A stretch of 63,688 bases of DNA, the filler included, from Globobulimina sp. (Eukaryota): NCBI GenBank assembly GCA_003354225.1. It is 19 parts of 19 records of this genome, joined end to end, with 100 filler letters (N's around TTAATTAATTAA, not from the genome) between each part and the next. Parts side by side here need not be neighbours in the genome. Positions count along the whole stretch, not along the records: positions 1 to 3,260 come from PIVH01003272.1; positions 3,361 to 6,620 come from PIVH01003273.1; positions 6,721 to 9,980 come from PIVH01003274.1; positions 10,081 to 13,339 come from PIVH01003275.1; 15 more parts are not named here. One strand, written 5' to 3'. The notes under the pieces were generated by a model, which saw nothing but the letters and a program-made list of their open reading frames with translations, searched no databases and had not been told where the DNA came from. Of the stretch, positions 1 to 10,581 are shown piece by piece (position 1 is the stretch's first letter; each line of letters starts with the position of its first letter). The position numbers and the translations under genes are program-made.

Positions 1-2
1 AG

Positions 3-3000
3 GATATCTGCCCAATGGGACACAATTGTTCATGGTTTGGTTGCTCTCGGATTCATCACATATCGCATGAAGAGATAATATATGGCAAACAAAACAAGAA
101 TAATGATAGTGATAAGGCATTGATGTTGCAATCAGAGAAAAGATTTGTGGACAAAATGGTGAGTGTATTGATGTCGCAATGCAATAATAACAAAGAGATG
201 AACGACAAATCATTATCTGAGTGTAAATTTTGGTTGAATGATTTATTGATAATTTACGACAAATATTATCCACCGGGACTGCAATTAGATGGTTTTCTAA
301 CCAGTGAATTTAAAAAGAACTATATATTGAATGCAGATTTAGCCAGTTTTTTCAATGAATATGGAAAGTTTTATGTAGTGAATGAAGAGAATGGCCATAC
401 GGAATATATACAATTATGGTACATTGAGTACGATGAGATATTGAATAAATTATATCTGAAAATCAATCGCGATATAAGCAATAAGATCTGCTATGATTAT
501 ATGTATAACAAATGCCATTATTGTCCCTTATCATTTTGCCCCTTCATCCATGTGGATAAGCGGTTGGTGGCTATGAATGACAGCTGTTCGTGTCGACAGT
601 CGCACTCTTCGTGCAATAACAATAATAAATGCAGCAAATATCATCTTAAAACGCATCATTTGCGTGTTGCAAATAAGCAAAGATATGAATCTTTGTCCCG
701 ATCCATCAAAGAAATTAAGAAATATATTCAATCTGTAAAATTACATAAAAATAATACGCGAGAAGATCATAACTTTGCTAATGACGATGAAGAAGAAGAA
801 TTTCAATCCGTTTCTGCCAATGGTTATAATAATAAATATATCGCGAAGTGGAGTGAATACATGGATGATATGACTGATATGAATATGAGTAAACCTTTTA
901 ATTACATTAAGATTGAATGGCTAGACAATGACGCAAATTATCATAAATTGCAACATAAGTCGCATTTGCAACTAATTGACCAATTATTTAATCTATTTGT
1001 CCTAAATTATCACATCGAAATCGTCGATATTTGCATCAATGGAACGAGGAAAAACATCGGCTTAAAATATGAAATAACCCGCAATCAGGAAGCGACTCTC
1101 TTTAATTTATGGCAATTCTTTCGTGGAAAGACCAATGATACGAAGACGTGGTGTTATAATCGCATCATTAAAATGAAAATGATCGATATGAAATGTTTCC
1201 GCGACGATGGCACTTTTATCCTCTTCGAGTTGCAAGGCATGAACCCCTTTGTCAGCGTGCAAATGGCGAGAACCTGGTTCGAAAACAAATTATTTCTCTG
1301 GAAATTTATCAATTTGAAAAACCTCAAATACAAAGATGGCACATTGCAATTCTTAGTGAAGCCCAATAAATATTCATCCACCAATCACGCCGAAATATTC
1401 GTGCTCAAAGCCATCATCAAAAATAGAATCAATCCCTTTAAAATATTCGACATTGCCATGAAACTCAATAACAGCAATAATAACGATTATATCCCCTGGA
1501 TCCATCAGGAACGGTATTTTTTCAGCGACCATTCCAATTTGGATACATATAATATCATGAAACAGCGGCATACGAATGCAGCCAACGCCAATGCCAAAGA
1601 GAAGGAAACCATCACGGAATCGTCGACCAGCGCCGAGTCGAATGAGTCGCGCGAGATCACTGACAATGCCATACATTCCGAGGCCAATGCAATGAGCTTA
1701 GAATTAAGCAAAAAAGGCTACCATATCCCCAAACAAAACTGTTATTTTGCTGATCGAATATTGGATTGCTGTCTGCGCAATTTTCACTGTGCGACGAGTT
1801 ACGGCGATTTGGAGTATTTTATGAAACAGAGATACGACTCAAAGGATATATTCTGGCACAAATATAGATTCCCGCAGACTGATAACAATGGTTATTGTTT
1901 TATGAACATTCAATGTGACGATATCTGTCCTATGGGCGACGAATGCAAATGGCTGCGATGTTGCAGATTGCATCACATATCATCGCAAGAGATCTGTGTT
2001 AAAAAGGAAAAGTGCAAAAAAATAGGCAAATCGTGCAATAAATTGCATTTACATTCGCAGCGTTTGGTGGATAGGATTGCCTCTGTTTTTTTGTATGAAT
2101 ATAACAATTATATATTGAGCACCTCAGCCAATAAAGATTTGGCGGATTGTTACATTTTTTTGGGAAAGTTCTTGGTTATATACCAGATGTTATATGACAT
2201 CAATTTTGAGAGCTTATTGTATGAGATGAATTTGCCGAAAATGAAACAACAATTTCCGTCACGATTTGCTGACGTGGCGGTATTCTTAATTGAGTATGGC
2301 CGCTATCCCTATTTCATGGATGATGAGGATAGCAATGATGGCTACTTTTTGAATAAGCAGCTATGGAATGTGTCCATGTACAAAGACGACCATACACCGC
2401 ATATCACCATCAATCCCGTGATCATTGATATTGTGTGCTATGACCATATGAATGGAGGTTGCCGTTACAAGCCGCATTATCAGTGTCCGTATTTGCATTT
2501 GGATTTGAAATTTGTAGCCAGTTCTAGCAATTGTCAGCAATGTATGAAGGGGGAGAATTGCAATAAATATCATATATTGAGCAGCAAACTGAAGAGACCA
2601 CCAAAACAAAAATATAAGCCATTGCTGCGGAGCATGAATGATATTAAAGAATGTATTGAAAACATGAGAAATATTTATATTTCATATCCCGACCAAGAAG
2701 ATAAAAAACATGAAATAAAATGGAATAAAACGTTGTTGAAATCTTTTAAAAATAATAAGAATAATTATGACGCGTTGGACCATGCGTATAAATATGTGAA
2801 TATTGAGTGGGAAGTGAAGCAAAATGATGGTAACACGCAACAGAATCATTCACATATTAAACTATTGCATGAGTTGTATAAATTGGCCTTATCAAATTAT
2901 AAAGTGCCAATTGTTGATATTTATATCAATTCAACCAAGAAAATTGTATCTTTAATGTACAAAGTCAAAAATGACCATAACAACCATGCGAATCATAATA

Positions 3001-3260
3001 ATTATTACAAATTATGGTATGAATTGAAGAAGATTATAAAAAGGAATGTGGATGGCGATGACGATGCAGTTTGGTGCTTTAATCGTATCATAAAAATAAG
3101 ATTGAATGAGATGAATTTAGACGATGGCTTATATATAATCTTTGAGTTTCAGCCAATGAACAGTTTGATCAGTATCGATTTAACAAAAACATGGTTTCAA
3201 CATAAAATAAACTCACATTTTAAATTCAATCACTTATTAAATACATTTTTGATTTATATC
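3..3260 (+). CDS. Large Cys/His-rich (CCCH-like zinc finger) protein with an internal duplication of roughly 600 aa; partial at both ends
   Basis: DICPMGHNCSWFGCSRIHHIS recurs as DICPMGDECKWLRCCRLHHIS. ICYDYMYNKCHYCPLSFCPFIH recurs as VCYDHMNGGCRYKPHYQCPYLH. WCYNRIIK recurs as WCFNRIIK. Confidence 0.7.
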
Positions 3261-3360
3261 NNNNNNNNNNNNNNNNNNNNNNNNNNNNNNNNNNNNNNNN
3301 NNNNTTAATTAATTAANNNNNNNNNNNNNNNNNNNNNNNNNNNNNNNNNNNNNNNNNNNN
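3261..3360. other. Artificial contig-joining spacer (N44-TTAATTAATTAA-N44). Also at 6621, 9981, 13340, 16699, 20058, 23417, 26775, 30133, 33490, 36847, 40203, 43559, 46915, 50270, 53625, 56980 and 60335
   Basis: Identical 100-nt block with stops in all six frames. Intervening contigs decrease monotonically in length from 3260 to 3254 bp. Confidence 0.98.
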
Positions 3361-4915
3361 ATACGCTTCGTCCACAAACACTAATAATATCTTATTGGAT
3401 GGATAAGGGAATGACAAATAATTGCTATAGATTCGGAGCATGCGCGCTATGTTAAATGTAGTGGTGATGACATCATCTATATCCGCATTGGCTAAAATAT
3501 ATAATTTTATGTCCACTTGGGCCCGTCCTTGGGTTTGGGTCTGTGTTGGGTCTGGTTCTTCCAATACATCCTCCTCGTCATCATGGTCCTGGTCAGACTG
3601 CTCATTATCATCAGAGGAGTCATCGTCGTCTGCTTCGTCATCGTCTTGCGGTGTACTTATGTGGTGTGGTAATAATAAATCATTCAATAAGATCTCTTTA
3701 AAGGGTCCAACTGCAAAACATAAATCCCTGGCTAGTATCGGCTATGCCATCTGATGAATTAATATCGTTTTTTGTTCTTTTGATTTGGATGTTTTTAGCT
3801 CCCCATTACAAATTGCGATGTAATCCAATGGCACACTTATTTGTAAGGTGTAGGTACAGCGGTATTTCAATCCATTTTGACAGGGCAACCAATGACAATT
3901 ATAACAGTACATATCTGTGGTGTGGTTTGGTGGCGTTTTCATCCTTGCACTGATGGGAAGAGATAAGATAAGACAGTAAAACATACGACATTTCCTATCT
4001 GGATACATGATTTCATTTTTCTTTTGTTCATCCAATGTTTCATCATATTCCATTTCACCAAATCTTTTCTGGTTTTTTGGAACTGATTTAGATGATTTGT
4101 GTATGGGTGGAGAGGACAGTGAGGAAGCTCTTGAGTTTGAATTATTTGTAGTTGTGTTGGTATTGGTATTGGTATGTGATGGTGATGAGGAGGAGGAAGG
4201 TGTGCCGTTACTATCTCTTGGGACTACAAAATGTATTCCATCGATGGGCTCTTTTGCTGTAAATGCAATTTTAACAATTAATGGTTGTAATAAACTCTTT
4301 GCAAATTCGTATTCGTTGTCATGAGAATGGCCATTTGATAGTTTTCTTTTTTTGTGCGGCGGTGTACTTATATTTATATTCAGTGATGGCATATTTGTGC
4401 AAAGTAATTGTGATGGAATGGTTATCATTAATTCGCCATAATCCATTACATCGGCAACATTTGATAGGAATAATGTCTTTTTTGTGTTGTTTTTGTTTTA
4501 TGGATTGTACATAAAGATTACTATTACAGTAAACAACCAAACTTCAAAGTTGTGTAAATCCGAAATATTTGACAAATTTTTATTGATTCTCCTTAAATAT
4601 GGTGGTCTTTGTTGATATTTTGCATTATATCCATCAACAGTTATTTCATGAATAATAAAATTATCACAGCCAAATGCAGGCAAATTGACACTTATTCGAT
4701 TGTGATTCTTGTTGCAAGGATAAAAATTATAAATATTCAACAATTAATTAATATAATATAGTTTTAATAATACATACTGAATCATGATACTGTTCGCGAA
4801 TATAAAAATATTCTTTTTGTAATGATACAGTTAATTCGACAAAGCCCGTCAACTCACATTTTTCAAAATCAGTGTCCAACACAATTGTTTCATGTGTTAT
4901 AATATATCGATTCAT
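3361..4915 (-). CDS. TAF2: TFIID subunit 2, N-terminal aminopeptidase-like part; multi-exon, 3' partial
   Basis: Spliced fragments YIITHETIVLDTDFEKCELTGFVELTV, GIHFVVP, WLPCQ...CTYTLQISVP..YIAICNGEL and YSNYLSFPYPS...VFVDEAY match the order of TAF2 motifs. Confidence 0.8.
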
Positions 4916-5105
4916 ACTTCAAACAAAGACATGCAAATTGCAAAAACAAGAAAAGTTTTAAAAGTTTTTTTGCCGTTTTGATATGCGTCGTTATATAAAG
5001 TGCCTTTGATATTTAGTCAATGTTGATATTGAGAGGGGAAAATACATATATTTATAAGAGAAAAATTTTATCAGTGTATTAGACATGGTTTGATATGCTA
5101 GTAAT

Positions 5106-5873
5106 TTATAATTTTGATTGGTTTTTTTTTTCTTCTCCCAATTCTCCACAATCAGCAATGACAACTTTAGTTTTGAGTGCACCAGATCTTGTTCCCTGAG
5201 CTTCTATTTGTTTAACAACATCATAGCCATCAATAACTTTTCCAAAAACAGTATGTTTTCCGTCTAAATGCGGTGTTTTTGCTGTTGTAATAAAGAATTG
5301 CGATCCATTCGTATTTGGTCCCGCATTCGCCATACTTAATAAGCCAACATCATCATGTTTTAATTCAAAATTTTCATCTGCAAATGTCCGGCCATAAATT
5401 GATTTGCCGCCAGTTCCATTAAAATTGGTAAAATCTCCAGCTTGACACATAAAATTTGGAATAACTCTATGAAAGATACTATTTTTATATCCAAACCCAG
5501 GTTGATGAGTACATAACGCTCGGAAATTCTCTGCAGTTTTAGGTGTTACGTCTGCTCTTAACTATAAAAACAAAAATATTATATGCAGTGATTACTATAT
5601 AAAAAGCAATGTGAGAAATTATTGGAAATTTTTGAACCAAACTTCCATTGTGATTCTACCTGCGTCTTGTCCATCAATTTGAACATCAAAAAATACATTG
5701 GGATTATCAGTCCTGTTAACATAGTTTGTTGATAATGAGCTTATTGAAGCACTCTGTGGCTTGTTTCCAGCACTTGATAATGAGCTGGCAGCAGCAGGAC
5801 AAAGCATTTTATATGATGCATAACCAGCAATTAATGTACCGCCTAGCAGTGCTGCTCTTTTATAATTAGCCAT
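5106..5873 (-). CDS. Cyclophilin-type peptidyl-prolyl isomerase with N-terminal targeting/anchor extension; intron 5562-5642
   Basis: [85 protein letters not shown]. The GT-AG intron restores the frame. Confidence 0.95.
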
Positions 5874-5923
5874 GATCGAGTGTCAGACAACTCCAGTTTT
5901 TAGTTACTTATCTTTCAAGAATA

Positions 5924-6620
5924 ATGTCACGTTTAGCTCAAATACTCAATATAAAGCCAATCACAATGTATCATAAAATACTCGAATTCCCATTTGATTC
6001 AAGTCAGTCAGGCTCATGGATCAACATAATATTTCTTCATTCATTATTATCATCATCGTTAACGGCGTTTTCTATTCCTTTTTTTGTCGAACCCCTTTCT
6101 ATTACATTAAGTGTTGCACTTAATCGTAACATAAGATGTTATTTATTGGACGCACGAAATCATGGGTTCTCACCACATTCAAATACATTTTGTTTAGAAT
6201 CAATGTGTGTTGATTTGAATGAATTTATTGAACAAGATAATATTTTACAAAATGAATCAAATCCTTTATTTCTTTGCGGCCACAGGTATTTCTCCAATAT
6301 TATACGTACAGTATATTACAATTATTAATGTTTTTTATAGTATGGGCGGAAGAGTTAGTTTATTATATTCATTATTGTGTGGATCGCATATATCGGGAAT
6401 AATAGCATTGGATGCATCGCCAACTACATATTATCATAATCATCAACGAATATTTGATGCAATGAAAAGTGTTAATTTTGCAAATGTAAACAAAAAACAT
6501 AACGTTGATAATCAGTTGAGAGAAAATGGAATCAGTGATGGATCAGAAAGGGGATTTATTCTCGATAATTTGATAAATAATGATCAATGGAAATGGAAAT
6601 GTAATTTGAATATAATCAGT
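5924..6620 (+). CDS. Alpha/beta hydrolase, ABHD11/YbfF-like; intron 6286-6340; 3' partial
   Basis: LLDARNHGFSPH. Splicing creates the nucleophile motif GHSMGG. Also ALDASP, FILDNL and WKWKCNL. Confidence 0.85.
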
Positions 6621-6720
6621 NNNNNNNNNNNNNNNNNNNNNNNNNNNNNNNNNNNNNNNNNNNNTTAATTAATTAANNNNNNNNNNNNNNNNNNNNNNNN
6701 NNNNNNNNNNNNNNNNNNNN

Positions 6721-6960
6721 AATAAATAATAAACCAACGTAAACATATGATATTATGCGATTTACATCTTCATCATTATCAATGTAAAATGAATTGGTAT
6801 TTACTGGAATTAAACCGAATGATACAGTCATTAATAATGCTGCAAAAATAGTCCAAGCTGTGGCAAAATTTTTGGTTGCTTCTTTTACGTTAACTACACC
6901 TCCATCTTTTTCTTCTTTTTCAAATAATTTGTATCGACTGTCCCAATATTGATCGGCCAT
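6721..6960 (-). CDS. Hypothetical membrane protein, 3' partial
   Basis: ORF with two hydrophobic segments running into the contig end. Confidence 0.45.
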
Positions 6961-7206
6961 AATCGATGTAATTGCTTGTTTCTAATGGGAATAAACCGTT
7001 TGCTATATATTTAGTTATTTTTTTGCGATGATGTACGATCACATTCATGAAAGGCACTTTACAATGTGTTAGTATGGAGATAAATGTTAACTTTGTTGAA
7101 TTTAATAGTTGCTGATTGCTAGGATTACTAGGATTATTACTGAAAAGATTTGAGTTTAGTTTGAAAGTTTTGAGTAAAAACACCATTTTCATTATCATAC
7201 TGTAGC

Positions 7207-7725
7207 CTAAAGTTCTTTATTATCATTTTCATATTGTTGCACAGTATGGTTATCACAAAATAGTTGGTCTGCTTTCATTGCTATAACAACTATTATCACA
7301 AAAAATAATATGATAAACAGTGCTAAAATGATGCATAATTCTTGATGTGCTTCGTTATTATCATTGATAAATAACATTTTTGGTTCATCCATATCATCAT
7401 TATCCTGGATATGAAACTTGAATTTGGTTTGTTTTAATTGCTTGATTACAGATTCAAATTCAAGTAATTCAGATTCTGAGACAGATATTAAATTAACACC
7501 ATTCAAACTTTCTTGTAAGGTTAACAATTCCATTTGTTTCGATTTATACTCATTATAATTATTTAGCAGTCTGTCATATGATTCCTTCATTGACTTTAGT
7601 TTCAATTTACACTGTTTTGCATTCTTACATTGTCCATCAAACTCCGTTTGGATACATTTTAATTGATCCAATAACGATGAGATTTGTTTTTGTGCATTTT
7701 TGTTGGTTGCTGATTGCATTGACAT
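7207..7725 (-). CDS. Coiled-coil protein with C-terminal transmembrane helix
   Basis: 172-aa ORF; heptad-rich N-half; hydrophobic stretch LCIILALFIILFFVIIVVIAM. Confidence 0.55.
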   Translation of the reverse strand: MSMQSATNKNAQKQISSLLDQLKCIQTEFDGQCKNAKQCKLKLKSMKESYDRLLNNYNEYKSKQMELLTLQESLNGVNLISVSESELLEFESVIKQLKQTKFKFHIQDNDDMDEPKMLFINDNNEAHQELCIILALFIILFFVIIVVIAMKADQLFCDNHTVQQYENDNKEL

Positions 7726-7813
7726 TCTTCAAAAAAACTTTAATTAATTAAATCAATACAAAAACCTTATAATACGCGCGTGTTAAAGTAAACTAATAGG
7801 CGCGTGCTATAAA

Positions 7814-9175
7814 ATGAACATTATAATAATGCTATTTAGGATTGAATTATTCGTCATTCTATGCGCATTAAACAATGCCACAAACAATATATTTTCTCGA
7901 TTACCGCCTGATCCAACAAAAACAATTTTGGAATCATTACCGTTGGCTGGTTTAATTAATTTACGAAAAACGAAAAATCGCAATTTAGTGGAATTAATTG
8001 ATAACTCCGACAATAAATTAACTCAATGGGCATCTGTTCGGAATTTTGTATCATTCATAAATGAATCAATGTATTTATTAAACCCAACAAACATTTTATT
8101 TGATCTGTTATTACAAAAAATAAAACCATCAAAAATAACCAAACAAGAAACGAAAATGATGGAAGAAATAATATCCAAATTAGTCATAAATCATAAATTA
8201 TCATTAAATTCAAAAATTAAAATTGCTAACAAATTATTTAACATTTCAGGAATTAAAGATCCAGAAACGGAGTACGAATACAAATGTGCTATCACTTTAA
8301 ATCAATTGCAGCCATTATGTATAATGCAACAAATGATGCATATTATCATCAATCCACCGAACGAACAGTTCGTGTCTTTAATTCCTCTCAAATTGGAAAC
8401 AATGCTTGATTTTGGTTATGATGAAATGAAGAAAACAAATAAGAAATACAATATTTACACAAACGTAGCATTTTGTTTTTTGGACTGGTTTGGGCACAGT
8501 GCTATGAATCATTTGGAAATAATTGACATTTGGAGTGCCGTTCACCATGTTGTATTTATCCGAGATTTTTTGAATCGAAATGTTCCGTTTTTGGAAGGCT
8601 CAAAAGTACATATTATCGGAGTAATTATTGACGATATAATGATGAATGGAGTTTGTGATTATTTGTATAAACTATTAATGGATATTTCTAGTCCTTTGGA
8701 TAAGAATTTGATCATAGATGAAATCACGACATCACAGCTTTTTAATCATTCAAATTCGTGTAATTTGTTAAAGACAATGATCCATTCAAAATGGATGAAT
8801 TGTGAAGAAATTGGATACTTATTAACTGACAACATAATGGATATTGTATCTTTTTACGAAGAGGAAACACCAACAAAGGACAATAAAATGGATTTTGTGT
8901 CTTTTTACGAAGGGGAAACGCCAACAAATAAAAGGGAATATTCACAAATGATAAATGAACGAATTAGAAAAATGAAGGAGTATTTATTGACATTACAGAT
9001 TCAATCACAAAATGAAATGAATGAATCAGCTCAGATTGACAGTATGCAAAAAGCAATGGATTCAGCCCAAACAGTTGAAGATTTGGATGAATTGAGAAAA
9101 ATATTAAAATCAGAGAAAAATCAAACAATTGCGGAATCAGAACGGAGTAATGATTGTTGTTGTGTTACAATGTAA
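7814..9175 (+). CDS. Hypothetical protein with hydrophobic N-terminus, F-box-like motif and C-terminal CaaX (CVTM)
   Basis: 453-aa intronless ORF; FSRLPPDPTKTILESLPLAGLINLR; ends NDCCCVTM. Confidence 0.65.
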   Translation: MNIIIMLFRIELFVILCALNNATNNIFSRLPPDPTKTILESLPLAGLINLRKTKNRNLVELIDNSDNKLTQWASVRNFVSFINESMYLLNPTNILFDLLLQKIKPSKITKQETKMMEEIISKLVINHKLSLNSKIKIANKLFNISGIKDPETEYEYKCAITLNQLQPLCIMQQMMHIIINPPNEQFVSLIPLKLETMLDFGYDEMKKTNKKYNIYTNVAFCFLDWFGHSAMNHLEIIDIWSAVHHVVFIRDFLNRNVPFLEGSKVHIIGVIIDDIMMNGVCDYLYKLLMDISSPLDKNLIIDEITTSQLFNHSNSCNLLKTMIHSKWMNCEEIGYLLTDNIMDIVSFYEEETPTKDNKMDFVSFYEGETPTNKREYSQMINERIRKMKEYLLTLQIQSQNEMNESAQIDSMQKAMDSAQTVEDLDELRKILKSEKNQTIAESERSNDCCCVTM

Positions 9176-9511
9176 ACAAATACAATTTAATTGGTCCTGG
9201 CAACAACGGATCAATTGGTAATAAGAAGTATACTGTACAATTAATTCACTGTTCCATGTACAAAAAACATTAAATTCATTCACCAACGCATTTTGTAAGA
9301 TTTCTCCACCCAAATATTAACCAAAACAGGTACACACAAACTACAAAACATTAATTATCTCAACATGTTTAATTCATTGTCTAATGGAGGACTGGACCTA
9401 TATAATATTATAATAGGAATTATCACTTGTAAAAAATTATTGACATTCGTTTTTTGCAAAATCTTGACACAAAAACTTCATTATTTCACACTTTTTCATC
9501 ATCACAACTTC

Positions 9512-9980
9512 ATGGCCGCCTTAATCGTAGTATTTGTTCTCTCAATCTCTCAAATCACCAATGCAGATGAAGTCGTTTGCAGCGCCGGTTCTGCGTGTAC
9601 CTGTCAGCCAGCCAACGCCGGCGAAACCTGCGTATTTAAGTATGTCTAGAAATCATATACTTTTCCACCATGCACAAAGACCACACAAACCAAAACAAAA
9701 CGTGACGCAACAAACATTCAGCTGTGCCACAGAAGATCAATGCAAAGGCGCAATCCTAACCTGCAGAGCTGGCGATCCCTGTTTTATTCGTTGCGAAGCA
9801 AAAAGCACCTGTTCAGACACGGTGATAGTACGCGGCCTCCAAGCTACGGACCTCACCATTAACTGCGTGGGAGACAATTCCTGTAAAGACGGCATCACCA
9901 TCGCTTGTGGCACCGGCGATTGCCTTTTACACTGTGACCAATTTAGCAGTTGTGCCTCATTTGGCAGTGTAAATACTGCG
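9512..9980 (+). CDS. Secreted cysteine-rich repeat protein; intron ~9640-9721; 3' partial
   Basis: Signal peptide MAALIVVFVLSISQITNA, then repeated C-x-I-x-C-x4/5-C spacing. Confidence 0.7.
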
Positions 9981-10581
9981 NNNNNNNNNNNNNNNNNNNN
10001 NNNNNNNNNNNNNNNNNNNNNNNNTTAATTAATTAANNNNNNNNNNNNNNNNNNNNNNNNNNNNNNNNNNNNNNNNNNNNTGAAATGAAACGAAACGAAA
10101 CTAAGCCAAAAAAGTTAAATAGCACCTAATCAAAGTTACAAAACAAATGACTTTTTAGGCTTAAACTTCTAAACACTTCTTTTGTGATTGGCAAGGTTTT
10201 TGGGTTAGCTAGAGTTAATATTTTCGTTAATCTACTGATGATAGTAATGCTTGATTTAACTCACTATTAATTTCTGTCTACCAACTCATTCAGTTTATTT
10301 TCATATTTTTGTTGATTTTTTTGAGCCCGTATCGCTATAATTGCAGTATCTATTGTTTGATCAATCAATCCATGATCTAAATGGTGATGTAAATGATCTG
10401 CCATGTAATTAACTTAGGGGGCAGGTCAAGGAATTTATTATTAGACAGATGATTATTACGTTGTTTCAATCATTATCCATGCACAAGATTCCGATATGCT
10501 GCATCACGTTGTATTAAAAGAATAAAATTAATTAATTTCAAATTAAAGCATTTAATATATACAGTGCATACAACAGAGTAT

